Assembly: GCA_051362555.1 (NCBI GenBank)
Contig: CM120641.1
Coordinates: 25,488,401 to 25,552,400, forward strand
Source: Lingula anatina
Lineage: Eukaryota > Animalia > Brachiopoda
Length of the DNA: 64,000 bases
Direction: 5' to 3'
Position 1 is the stretch's first letter. Each line of letters begins with the position of its first letter. A program made the position numbers and the translations under genes. Shown in pieces: positions 46,411 to 59,768 of this stretch. The notes under the pieces were generated by a model. That model was given only the letters and a program-made list of their open reading frames with translations. It was not told the origin of the DNA and did no database searches.

Positions 46411-48219
46411 ACAAATGTATTCACAGATCAAGAATTTTCGTCTTAATATCAGTCCTGGGTGTGATCACATACTTAATGTCTTCCACACCTTTTACCACAC
46501 ATGGTAGGTAAACTATGTAAAGCTAATTCTAAACAAAACTCAAAATAATTTGACTCAAGAAAAATAGAAATGCTAGAATTTAATATAGGAAATAAAACAT
46601 GCTTCAGACTCAGTATCTTCAAGACCACTTAGTTATTTATATAAGTTATATTAGGCACACGTAGACCTAGCAATCTTGCGTTTTTACTGTAAAAGAATTA
46701 CGTACATGTAGTCCTTTTACACAGCTCTACGATCTAAGTGTTAATATCCAATATTTCCATATCAATTGTTTGTCATTAATGTACACAGGCCCCATGGCCA
46801 ATGACTAAACAATTATACATTTTTTTTCTTTCTTTTCTCATATTTAGACTTAGGGGAGAAACTGAAAGCATTAAAAAATTACTCGTTACCGAACTACGAT
46901 ATAACTTGGTCTGCCATTCGACATACATTTTGCATTCATCGGTGATCAATACAAAAGAATAACGGAAGGGAATTTCGTTGTCTTCTTCTATTAAATAAAC
47001 TACGTTTATAACGTCTCCTAAAAGAGAAGTTGTAGCTTTAATAATGACAATAAATAAATATATCGAATCCAAACAAGAAGAAAAGATTCACCAAAAGGAA
47101 CAAAAAAGAAAAGGGGGAAAGATTGCCGTTGCTACTGAGAATTCCCTATTGTGGACAAGGCTGTTAATATGAAACGTTTTCCTCGTGTCACCAAAACATT
47201 CCAGTGGGTAGCTTTAGCATATAGATCACTGCGTCCTTGATTTTTTAATATATATAGACATTCTTCATGAAGGTAATAATAAAAAAGACGAAAAAAAAAC
47301 CATCAGCGCCCTTATGATCAAGCTTGGTACTTTCGCTTCCAACAGAGAAGCAACGAAGAATAGTTTGCTTTCGGTGTTTATGAGACATGTAATAATCAAA
47401 CACAGGAAGCAAAGCGTTACTATTGGAAACATAGTCAAAAACTCACATATACACCCCTCTCAATACAAAAATATTGTGATTTTGACATGTAAATAAATTA
47501 TTGCCAAAAATAATGAAAAAAAATTAAAACACCCAAAATAGAAAAGCCCCTTTGTGTGGTTCATCTTTCTCAGTTATATGTTTGAGAAATGTGTAATAAA
47601 AATCACTTTTGTCGGCCAGTGAAGACTGTCATAGGCCTTATTGTGCGCTAAGAATAAAGGAAGATGTTCGATAGTCAGGTAAACAAGATGTCAATATTGG
47701 TTGTTGATTGAAGAAAAATGATTGTTTTATATTTTTGTCGTGTTTGAAAGGTTATTTTCACCAAATAGACATTAGGGAATTCTATAAATACGCTTTGACG
47801 TCATTAGAGACCACTGTACATAGGAAGTTGCATGAAAGGTGTCATCGTCCTTTTACATCAAAATCAATCACATCTTTTTCACTTACAAAATAACCTGTCT
47901 ATAAACCATAAAAATAAAACAAAATAATTAAATACAAATAAATTAATAAATAATTGTCGGAAGTCACGTATTAGAAACTTGCACAATAATCTATTGTTTA
48001 AACAACAGACTTGATTGTTTTTTAATATCAGACTCAGGTTAATAATATTCATCTTCACTTATTGATTGCCCCCACACCTATACCGGCTGACTTTATACGA
48101 TCATCAGAAAGTGTAAAGAAATAATGTCCTCTGCTGCTTTGTGTACGCATAGCTAAGCGGGTTCTATCTCCTTGGTGAGTACCAGACTTAAATTACGTCT
48201 AGTACGCAAATAGTACGTA

Positions 48220-48540
48220 AATACCAGATCCAAAAAAGCTCAGTGGGCCTATATGGGATACCAACCGAACTGTTTAGGCTAACAGCACCAAAAATAGCAC
48301 ACCCAACCACGCACATCCTGAATCTATTTCTAATATATGGAATATTTCCAGACATCTGAAATGGGCAAGAGTCGCGACCCACGCACCACGGACGGCAAGT
48401 CCGGAGACTTTTCAGACCAATTACCATCCTGTCAACACTATCAAAATAGTAAACGTGATGCATTCTGTGCATACTGAGTCTCACAAACCACAACCTCCTC
48501 CATTTTAGTCATTCAACTTTGGTTTTCAGAAATTTTTTTC
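48220..48540 (+). mobile_element. Decayed LINE (CR1/L2-like) reverse transcriptase fragment
   Basis: The + strand reads GLYGIPTELFRLTAPKIAHPTTHILNLFLIYGIFPDI*...FRPITILSTLSK...NHNLL...FR, matching the RT domain 0-2 pattern GxDGIP..GxFP..W..YRPISIL..LSK, with stops and frameshifts. Confidence 0.8.
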
Positions 48541-48600
48541 ACTTAAAACCGCGGCAGCATACATGTATATAACAGCTAAGGGTGCTTTCCCAGAGATTTA

Positions 48601-48760
48601 CACCCCATTTCCATCGATTTTTAGATCGATCTATCCCTGTGGGGAGTCTCACTAGATTACTGTCAGCTTGGCCGGCTTAAGCGTCTGTCCCGCCTACTAA
48701 AAGCTGTAAGGGGGTAATTAACTATGGTGCCCGCTCGGCTGACTGCAATTTAGCGTGAAC
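48601..48760. mobile_element. Truncated inverted copy of the MITE family at 1437-1662
   Basis: ttttagatcgatctatccc...gagtctcactagattac...aagggggtaattaact...tttagcgtgaac is the reverse complement of ~1508-1655. Confidence 0.75.
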
Positions 48761-49499
48761 AGCGTAAAACAAAGGAAGTTAATCACAACTAGAAGTGTAA
48801 TTCTTCCGGACACTGAAAAACGTTTATGGTAACATGCAAGTGGATGTTGTAGAAAATGTAAAATAAAAAAAGAGGTTTTGTTCTAAAATTGATGAAAACC
48901 TCGGTTGGAATAAATACTTATTTAAATTTGTGAGTAGATTTGTGACACATTATTTTGGGCAAAAAGGAAATGTGACCACGACAGAAGTCGTCATGGAAAA
49001 AATATTCTAAACAAGGCCAAAAACAGCCGAAACTACTTTCTTTACCTCTAAAAAATCGTCTTTCAAGTCTGATTTCGTTTGTCAGGCATCACTTAACTAT
49101 TGGAAATTCTGGGGACATGGACTCTTTTAAATAACCATATACAGTAAGTAAACATTGTAGAATTAATATTTGTATACAGTATGTTTTGCTATATCAGTTA
49201 TTTAGCTAAAATATCTTTGATTTTACAATAAATAAAAGAATAGAATCGTTATAAAAACCGATTTAATATACAGTTTTGATCTCAGAATATCCCTCTCAAA
49301 CTTTAGAGGGTTACTTGAAAGATAAGGTTATTTCTAAGCAACAGTCTTACTCGCAGGAATTCCTTAACCGATGCGGTAGTTGTGACATTGTTCTAAACAT
49401 GTAGCAATCACGAAACAGCCTTCAGTCATACATTTGAATCCAACATTTAATATTAAATCCGTCATTAAGATTGATTTGCTGCAGTTATCATTATAGAAA

Positions 49500-52400
49500 C
49501 GACACAAGCTGTTTTGAACCATTATTTTCTCTACAACTCTTTTTTTTAATTAGTGGACATGATAAAAACATTTCATTTGTATAACACGACACCATGGTCA
49601 ATAATCAACGTTTAATGGTCAGTCATTCCTATCCTCGATCTCCCCATCTCTTTAATTTTGGTCGGATATTCTTGAATTATACCAGGTGTTTACTTCTCAG
49701 ACAGGGGCCTATATCCAAACTTCCTCAACTCGGGTCGTTTCTTTTCTTTTTTTTTTTTTTTTTTTGTTTTGTTTTATTTGAATGTATAGGCCTATATATA
49801 TTGGCAGCATTCTCACTGAGAACTATGTTTTTTAAAAGACTTAAATTGTGCAACCAACAGGTAATACAAAGCTAGGTAAAAAAAAAATAAAAACTATGAT
49901 TGCAGTATTGTATGAGGCATACATTGTTTCTCAACTGTAATTTTCTCAAGAAAACTCAAGTCCATACAAATTCAATGAAGGCTATCAAATGTGACTTACC
50001 TCTCCATAATGTGTTCGGTGGTGTATGTAAACCAATGATCCAGGAGTGTTATGATTTTTAAAAAATACAAAGATATGTTGGAGGGCGTGTACTTTTGTAG
50101 AGTATTACACAGGTTTACTGCTGTTGCTAGATTCAGTAGATGCTTTAGTATGACGTCACAGAAGCAAGAACATAGCGAGTGTTTTTTTTTTTTAGATGTA
50201 TAAGCCTATATCTCGCATTATTGGCGATTGGCATCAATCACCTCAGTGGGAACTATGTTTTCTAAAAGACTTTTAATTGTGCATCAACAGGTAATACAAA
50301 TCTACCTAATTCCCTAATTCCCTTGCATTTCTCTGTATAATATATAAATGTGTTAAAATATAATCTATCGGAAATATTGGCAAAAATGGTAATTATCAAT
50401 AATTTTCTACATCCAATACCTTTCTTTCAAAACTGAAATCTTACAATTTAGAAAAGAGAGAATGTTTTTTTTCATGGAACATCTGACTCTGAATAACAGC
50501 TACATGTATACTTACAGTATTGTATGAGGCATAAATTGAATCTCAACTGTAATTTTCTCAAGAAAAATTAAGTCAATACAAATTCAATGCAAGCTATAAT
50601 ATGTGACTTACCTCTGTGTAACGTTTTCGGTGGTAGAACAATGATCCATTGTTATGATTTTAAAAAATACAAAGATATGTTGAAGGGCGTGTTCTTTTGT
50701 AGAGTATTACACAGGTTTACTGCTGTTGCTAGATTCAGTAGATGCTTTAGTATGACGTCACAGAAGCAAGAACATAGCGAGTGTTTTATGATGTCATAAA
50801 TACCGTCAGAGCCCAGCGGCATTGCTATGACGTCACAGTTACTTGTCCATTGTGCATGAGGATAAATAATACCATTATTTTGCGTTTAATATTTCAGCTG
50901 TTATTGCAAGGAATTACTACAAAACTATCTTTGCTTTGCATGTCTCTGTATGATATCTAAATGTTAAAAACATAATTAAATTACACAATATCGAAAATAT
51001 CGGTAAAATGGTATTTGAACCATTATTGTCTCTGCAACTCTTTTGGTCGGATTTCTTGAATTATACCAGGAGTTTACTTCTCAGAGGAGCCTACATCCAA
51101 ACTTCTTCAACTCTGGTCTTTTCTTTCTTTCTTTCTTTCTTTTTTTTTTTTTTTAGATGTATAAGCCTATATCTCGCATTATTGGCGATTGGCATCAATC
51201 ACCTCAGTGGGAACTATGTTTTCTAAAAGACTTTTAATTGTGCATCAACAGGTAATACAAAACTACGATTCCCTTGCATTTCTCTGTATAATATTTAAAT
51301 GTGTTAAAATATAATTTATCGGAAATATTGGCAAAAAAGGTAATTATCAATAATTTTCTACATCCAATACCTTTCTATCAAAACTGAAATCTTACAATTT
51401 AGAAAAGAAAGTATGTTTTTTTCATGGAACATCTGACTCTGAATTACAGCTATACTTGCAGTATTGTATGAGGCATAAACTGAATCTCAACTGTAATTTT
51501 CTCAAGAAAAATTAAGTCAATACAAATTCAATGCAAGCTATAATATGTGACTTACCTCTGTGTAACGTTTTCGGTGGTAAAACAATGATCCATTGTTATG
51601 ATTTTAAAAGATATGTTGAAGGGCTTGTTCTTTTGTAGAGTATTACACAGGTTTACTGCTGTTGCTAGATTCAGTAGATGCTTTAGTATGACGTCACAGA
51701 GGCGAGAACATAGCGAGTGTTTTATGATGTCATAAATACCGCCAGAGCCCAGCGGCATTGCTATGACGTCACAGTCACTTGTCCATTGTGCATGAGGATA
51801 AATAATACCATTATTTTAAGTTTAATATTTCAGCTGTTATTGCAAGGAATTACTACAAAACTATCTTTGCTTTACATGTCTCTGTATAGTATCTAAATGT
51901 TCAAAACATAATTGCACAATATCTTTTTGGAAAATATCGGTAAAATGGTAATTATCAATAATTATCCCTAACAAATACTATCCTTACCAAACTGAAACCT
52001 TTTAATTGATAAAAAAAATGTTTTTTTCTTAAAACATATGTCTCTGAATGAAAGCTATGATTGAATTATTATATGAGGCATACGTACATTGTGTCTCTAC
52101 TGTAATTTTCTCAAGAAACCTTAAGTCAATACAAATTCAATGAAGGCTATCATATGCAACTTACCTGTGTAAAACGTTTTCAGTGGTAAAAATAATTATC
52201 CAGGAGTAGCTTGAAAAATTTTGTCAAAGAGATGTCGAGTGGCGTGATCTTTTGCAGAGCGTCACACAAGTTTACTGTTGTTGCTAGATTAAGAGGCGAG
52301 AACAAAGAGTGTTGCATGTCATAGATACCGCCAGACCGCGCTTTAGTACCCTCTATCAGAGTGGCAGATTGTATGGGGAAAATGGAAAAAGCCTTTTTCC

Positions 52401-52580
52401 CTGACAGAGAGCCAAATGACTGTCTATTTGTCTAGAGATATCTGTGAATATCTGTGAATATCTGTGAAAAATCAATCTGTTGCCCTGGTAGAGGGTAGCG
52501 CTTTCGCATGACGCCGCAGACACTTGTCCAATGTACATGAGCGTAAATAATATCATTATTTTGTGTTTAATATTTCAGTT
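49500..52580. repeat. Complex local tandem duplication: four related units, two near-identical at ~950 bp spacing
   Basis: The block tatgaggcat...ctgtaattttctcaagaaa...acttacct recurs at ~49910, 50524, 51467 and 52072; 50190-51010 closely matches 51150-51950. Confidence 0.9.
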
Positions 52581-54008
52581 CTTCCCTGCTGTCCCAAAGA
52601 ATAACTAATGTGCAGAACGTAAAAAAAAAAGAATACGAAAGAAGTTAGGGGCAAGACAAAGGTTTTATTTGAGAAAGGGAGAGAGAGAGAGAGAACAGTC
52701 TGAGAGAGAGAGAAAAAAGAACAGTGACATTGTGCACTTCTTTAGGGGGTAGAACAGTTATAATGGCATTGATAAAAACGACGCAAAAATATGCCATAAA
52801 TCATGTAAATATAATCTCTCTGTCAGTACAGATCAGTACTCGCGCAGTAGTTTTGTGACTGCTTTCTCTTTATCTATCTTCAAATCTCGGACAAAACAGC
52901 ATGATCAAGATCACCAAAGTAACAAAGGACCACCGACTCATAATAAAATGAGTGATTTAATATTATTTTCTTACATTGTCGCTTTTAGTGTTCAGTATAC
53001 GTCCTGGATCCAATCTTCGCCAATGTCATTTTAAGGGACCATACACAATGTTCCGCGTGGGTCGTAGGCGTAATAGTTGACCTCTGATTTTGTTATACAT
53101 GACACAGATTTTGGTGTGGGCGCACTATACGTGATCACGAGAAGAAAAGGCTACATTGTGGTAGGCGGGTTCTAGTGCCCTCGTACCCAAGAGAATGGAT
53201 TGTTTAGCCCCCTCCTTTACTGGACACCCTGGGTCCACTGTACGTACAGGAATCATATGGATTTTTGTGTGAAAAAAATTTGCCATTAAAATTTATTTGG
53301 AGGCATTATTAGTTTTTCGGAATAAAGAAAACTGTGCCTGCAAGGTTTGATTGTGTTGTTAATTTTTTTTCACCAAGGAGAACGGGGGGAACATAAACAA
53401 TGTCATTTTCACGGGCAATCACAAACAGATTTTGAAAATAGTTGGTGTTAGTTTCTCATTTAGTATTAAATAACAGAATAAAAGACTATGGCTTTGTAAT
53501 CGGTCATATTGCTTTATATAAGATCTAAAAAAAAGCACAGTTAATTGCAATTAGATTCATATTTATGAAAATTATTAAATTGCAAATACCTGCTAATGGT
53601 CTAAAATTGAAAATTCAAATCCATTATTTTAAACTTTTTAATCGCTTAAAGCCTTTGAAAATGACACATGTAAATTACAATGAATAGATACATAAACTCA
53701 ATTGGAACACCGCTTCCATTAAAATCATTAAAAATTTTAGATTGACAATTCATAAGATGAGTGATATTTTTACTCCAATAAAATCACAATCCCGACAAAC
53801 CGTAATAATGTAGTTTTGACACTGATAATCATTTTTAGTGCCTCCAACTCTGCGGGCTAACTCAGTAATCTCCATATATGGAGCTTTATTTCTGACCCTC
53901 TCCAGATTGGCTGAGCAAATGGCTACATATTTTTCTCGAGTTTGGATTTGAATCACCAGGAAAATAGTGTCTAAGTATCCTTGTGCGAAAAACGATGAAT
54001 CCCCCCCT

Positions 54009-54183
54009 TTGTAGTTGACTCTCCGCGTTATGCCTAAAAGAAATCAACGTTTTATAATTATATATCTTTCTTTTTTTATATTCCAGGCAGTACCAGTTGT
54101 GTGGACTACAACAATTATTGCGCTTCGTGGGCAGCGCGCGGCGAGTGCACCCGTAACCCTCGGTATATGACTCCCTATTGTCC
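54009..54183 (+). pseudogene. Orphan truncated duplicate of the astacin ShK2 exon and its upstream intron end
   Basis: Near-identical to 59232-59402. Acceptor retained at 54086; breaks off after YMTPYCP, lacking the last two ShK cysteines and the donor. Confidence 0.85.
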
Positions 54184-55528
54184 CCCCAAAAAAAGATTGG
54201 GTTTATTGCACAATCTACAGCTCCGTGCAATATTTTTCTGCATTTTGCTAGTTTGTGTTGTAAGTCCTCTGCTTGCCTGGTGCCGGATTGACGTCAGAGT
54301 GAACGCTGTTGTAGCTTTATCAACATAACAGCACGTTGTTTGTAGGCGTGTGTTTGCCTGTGCACCAGGCGGTAATATTTATGCAAGACCTATTATAACA
54401 TGGGAGTTTATTTACTTGTTCGAAAAGCAAAACATTGTAGATGCGAAATAAATGTGGTTAGAAGCCAAAGCAGGTTAAAAGCTTTGTTAAAAGTTACATC
54501 CAACAACAGAGAGCCCTAGCTGGTGTTTGCTGAATTTCAAAGATTTCGGCGAGTGGTGGGGTTGCACAATAAAGCCCAGAACACGTTGAACCTTGAGTTA
54601 TTTTCTACTCGAGTAAAATTCATACCACTCTGTGTGTACAACCAGAACTGAAGAATAGAATAGAATAGGAAAAGAACAAAAGAGAAAATGAGATCTAGAG
54701 AAAGGAGAATGAACGAAAGTAGAAAGATCGACAGGTTGAACGACAAGGCGATTTTATGGTAGTAAAGATTTTAAAAATGGGATTTTCCAAATGACTGAAT
54801 AGTGTGTTAATCATGATGATTACACAATTAGCGATTTGGCAATACGTGACACGTGGGTTATGAATTGTGAGTTGCAAAAAGTAATTGGTAATGAATCGCA
54901 ATTTGTACATCCGCACCTAGATCAGTGACTAATGAGCATTTAATATCCGATAGGTGATGAAATCTTAATGTGGTTTTATTATATTATTGCTATTGCATAA
55001 AATTTTCCTCCCACAATTGTGGACATTCGAGGCCCAGATTACCATGTCTCGCAAACAATGAACTTTTATCTTTCGTATAAAAAAGACAATGATTTTAAAA
55101 ACTTTGTCTAAGGAGTCCCCACATAGAATTATTTTACTTGCTCAACTCCGCTGGCTGACCTCGTTCTCAAATGACCACAACAATGACTCAGGTATTGTCC
55201 ACGAGCCATACAAGGTTAGGGTCAGTCTAGAGATTTGTTAATGTCCCCCTTACCTGAGTTCTACCTGTATGACTAAACTGATGACCAAGGACGATATAAG
55301 AATAATTGACTTTAAAACTGCATGTTCATCCCAATGGTCTAAGGCACTTGCGTGAAAAAACATTCACGTCATGAATCTGGTTTAGTAAAAATACCAGATT
55401 GTTTTAATTTCTACACAGCTTGCAGACGGCCCTTCGATGATGAAGCTAAATAACCCGTGAACCGAATAACCCGGAAATGGGGAAGTTTAGATAAAGTGGA
55501 CCGTGCAATTGCACGTAGCCTCCAGCTG

Positions 55529-55536
55529 TATAAAAG
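55529..55536 (+). promoter_or_regulatory. TATA box of the astacin gene
   Basis: TATAAAAG 49 bp upstream of the ATG at 55578. Confidence 0.65.
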
Positions 55537-55577
55537 AGAAACCAAAACGGGCAAGTTGTAACAGAAGTTAAAGAAGT

Positions 55578-58500
55578 ATGAGAAACGTACAGTTATCGCC
55601 GCGGTTTGCCACCGCAGCACTGGCAGCAGCAGTCTGTGCAGTTTGGGTGAGTGACCGCTCATGTTTAGTTTCGTATCAATGCCTTGGTGCATACTTTTTT
55701 TTACTTTCTATCTTACGTGTTAAAAAAAAGGCTATGTAATGTGGTGTTTAGTTATTACGATTTTAACTTTTCGTATTTTGCCCAAGGCGCTTGTTTTAAT
55801 GTACTATTACATAATATTTCAGCTATTAGAAGTGTCGCATGCAGAAACGATAGATGAAATAATCAACGGCGCTGCAAGGGAAAGTAAATATCAACATAAC
55901 TCTTCATTATCATTATAATCCTGCACCTGCGTACATGTAAAACTTTTTGGCTTGCAGGTCTTGAAACGTAGAATTGCGTAATGTATTACCTTGCCATACA
56001 CTTGTTGGTTTTGAACTTAAAATACTTGGTGTAGGCTAATTTAATAATTATTCGTTAGAAAAAAAAACAGGCTTGAATATTGTACGGACAAAAAACACTT
56101 TCACGATTTACAAAGGTGTATTCAAGAATCTCGAGTACTTTCTAATAAGTACATACTTTTCTTAAGACAACAACTTATTAAAATTGTGGTTTTTAGCAGT
56201 GAATTCTAAATCTTAGAACACACATATATCTATCAGGGTTTTAGCCTGTTATCTGAAAAAAAACCCTTAATAATCATTTAGTTCTCATATCTATCCAGGC
56301 AGATCTTTAGAGCTCTTTCAAGATGACAGCGTCGTTCTCCGCGAACTAGACATTTTAGAGCTTAAAGAGGACTATCTCGCTCTCGCAAGAGCCAGGGAAG
56401 AGGAGTTTGGGTGAGTATTAGAGGCCAATCAGGAGTTATATGAAAAAAAAAAAGAAATTTAAATAGTTCGCTTTTAAAATTTTAGAAGGAAAGTTGCGGT
56501 TATGAAACGGATGGTGATATTTCAAAATTCAGTATGACAAGAAACGCAGAACCTTGATAATTTATGAATCATTTCCCCTTTTCTGATAAAAAATTAGTGT
56601 AAGTTTAAAAATATAGACAAAGACTAGCACCATATCTTATTGGTTAATAAAAGCGCTTTTCTATTTGATCTAAAGCCCCCCAGATAAGGATGGTAATTAT
56701 GGGGAGGAACGTAGGCGAAAGAAGAGGAAAGGAATACGAGATTTAAGACGGCGATGGACAAATAATATTGTCCCGTACACCATCTCGTCGGTGATGAGTA
56801 AGTAGAGTTTAAATAAAAAGAAAGCTGCTATTGCTATTAACTCGTGAAATTTGGTAAACATACAAAGGAACGAGTGCACAAACTCGCACATACACACAAA
56901 AGTCGTTCGAGCCGGCGGAATCACGCACATATGCACGTGCACAGCAGCAGTTCTAAAGTCGCATGAAAAATAAACGTAGCCTATACCGTGCATTACACTG
57001 ACAATGAGAAAATACTTCTTTATCGATCTGTGTTTATAGCTGCCTCAGATCGCAGGGTCATACAGCAGGCCTTCAACGAATGGAACACCTATACTTGTAT
57101 CCAATTCCGGCCGAGAAGAAACGAAAGAAATTACGTCCACCTGCAAAATGGAGGAGGGTAAGAAAGAAACACTTCTTACCAAAATACCATGTTGAATTTG
57201 GGATTGCGATTGAATAAACTTTCTATAATTAACGAAACTACATGTAGATTTGTGCATATTGCACACTTAGGAAAGGGTCCTTTTGCTCTTAGATGAAGAC
57301 ATTTGATGATTTTTTGTCGTTGCATTTCTAGGTGTTCGTCTTTCGTTGGGATGTTAGGTCGAGGCCGTCAGCCAGTTAGCTTGGCTCGAGGATGCAGATC
57401 GGTAAGTTAAATCGTTCTTCAACCTCGCATTCATCCAATTCTTCCACTTAATGGCATTTTCATCTCATTTACCATTATTTTCTTTATCTTTGTCCACCTT
57501 TACAAAGTCTAAATTACCCAAATTTACCTTGAGTAGAAGTTTTTGGTTTTTGTGTTGCTCTAAAGCAATCGCCTATTTTTGTTGCAAATCCATGGTCAAC
57601 AAGGTGACGCTGTTTAATATATATATATGTAAAGAAATCCCTCCTTTCCCTCAGCACGTTTTAGGTTTCTGTTGTCCCCTTTTCTTATTCTTACTCATTA
57701 TATCTTTTAGAAAGGAATCGTCATCCACGAATTAGGTCACGCGATAGGCTTCAACCACGAGCAGACGAGATACGACAGGGATAACTACGTCACCATCGTC
57801 AGGCGAAACATTCCGGGACATCTTTATTATAATTTTGAGAGATATCCACAGTCTGTTACCAACACACACGGCGTTCCGTATGACTACGACAGCGTCATGC
57901 ACTATGGTCAATATGTAAGTTTTAGGGTATTTTTTGTCTTTTCCTCTCGTTCTTTTCTCTGGATTTTGAGTTCATTCTTTGGTTTTCTATGAGTTTTATG
58001 CATTATAAATATATAAATGAATTGTTAACAAACAATCAATATTATAATTCATAAATAAACAATCACAACGACAATTTATTTTTTCAGGCCTTTTCTACCA
58101 ACGGGCGTCCCACCATTATTACCAAGGATCGATCAAAGCAGAATACGATTGGAAACAGATTTGGACACAGTTTCGGTGATGTCAAATTAGCCAACGCCAT
58201 GTACAGTTGCGATAGTGAGTTTCATCGTTTTATAAACACGTTTTGCATTGAGCTCAAGTCATTTGTTACTACTGGTATTTTTTTAAACATTGTTTATTGT
58301 AAATTGAATTAATTATGTAATAAGGTGAATTTTTGGACAATTCAAAACCAGCACACACTGCTCAACATGTAAGAAACACTATTCACTCGAGTCTGATTTT
58401 TTAAATCTCAGGTCGCTGCACCAACAAACCCAGATGCCCCTCCCCGGGCTTCGTGGACAAGAGTTGCCGTTGTATGTGTCCAGGAACTAGAAGGGGCATC

Positions 58501-59768
58501 CCCGTGCAACCCTGCGGTACCGGAGGGGGCACTGGGGGCGGGACTGGAGGTGGTACTGGGGGTGGTACCGGGGGCGGTACCGGGGGTGGAACCGGAGGCG
58601 GGACTGGAGGCGGTACTGGGGGAGGTACCGGGGGTGGAACTGGAGGCGGAACCGGGGGTGGAAACAGTGAGTTTAATGCACCTGCATTTCATATTTCGTA
58701 TTGAGTATTGAACGACTTCTTACTTCTTGTTTTTAAATCACTGACGCAGACTAGTTTATCTTTGCAGCAAGAAATATGTGATTCACCCTTTATTGCTATG
58801 AATATGAACTGCAGTGTAACTTTTTTTCTATTGCAGACAACTGTCGAGATTACAACAGCAACTGCGCAGGTTGGGCGAGAAGAGGCGAGTGCCAGCGTAA
58901 CCCCAGATATATGCAGCTGAACTGTAGACAGTCTTGTCGATTGTGCAGTGGCGGAGGAGGTAGGATTTTTTATATATATTCTTACCCCTATTTTTAGAAA
59001 ACAGTTTTTTCTCTGCACTGGCGTGGCGAATTATTCATTTAGAGTTTACCCTTTTCTTTGGTATATAGTTTCTTGTTTGATAAAGAACTTTATTTATTTT
59101 GGGGAGTTTGAACTAAGTAGATCAAGAAAATTGACGAAAACCATATTTTTGTATTTCAGCAAAACCAAGTGTGGAAAAAAATCACTAAATAAGAACTTTT
59201 AATCTAAAAAAGTTTTAAAAGCCCCCTAAACTTGTAGTTGACTCTCCGTGTTATGCCTAAAAGAAATCAACGTTTTTATAATTATATATCTTTCTTCTTT
59301 TACAGGCAGTACCAGTTGTATGGACTACAACAATTATTGCGCTACGTGGGCAGCGCGCGGCGAGTGCACCCGTAACCCTCGGTATATGACTCCTTATTGT
59401 CCGAAGTCGTGCAATAAATGCGCCTCGAGAACTCCGTCAGGTACTATCACAAATGAATTTTTGTTATAATGGTATACCAAAATGGTGTAATTTTTTTATA
59501 TTTTTCTCTATTATTCATAGCCATGTCACTTCAAAATAATCTTTTGTCTTATTGCAGTTAATTATCAAACTTGATTTCTTAAGCTTATTCGAAAATCCAA
59601 CTCGGGAATCTAAGTACTTGTTAATTTTAATTTATGTTATTTTCACTTACTCTAGCTCCATGCGTTGACAGGAACGTTTTCTGCGATTCATGGTCGAAGA
59701 GAGGGGAATGTACCAAGAATCCGAGGTACATGCTTGTAAGCTGCCGACGTTCATGCAAACAGTGCTAG
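55578..59768 (+). CDS. Secreted astacin (M12A) zinc metalloprotease with Cys-rich EGF-like segment, (TGGG)12 linker and three ShKT domains; 12 exons
   Basis: Exons 55578-55646, 55823-55883, 56299-56410, 56676-56797, 57040-57157, 57332-57401, 57711-57914, 58088-58214, 58412-58666, 58837-58959, 59306-59440 and 59656-59768 join in frame. Signal-like [16 protein letters not shown], furin site [12 protein letters not shown], zinc motif [19 protein letters not shown], Met-turn SVMHY, three C-x6-C-x2-W-x3-GEC-x2-NPRYM-x3-C-x2-SC-x2-C ShKT domains. Confidence 0.95.

Noticed and set aside
48188-48493. 101 aa minus-strand ORF
   Set aside because: Antisense shadow of the decayed LINE RT fragment on the + strand.
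37500-55400. Hidden protein-coding gene in the 18 kb intergenic region (e.g. ORFs 42588-42947, 44716-45075)
   Set aside because: No domain similarity and no in-phase exon chain could be built. A lncRNA or very small gene cannot be excluded without RNA data.
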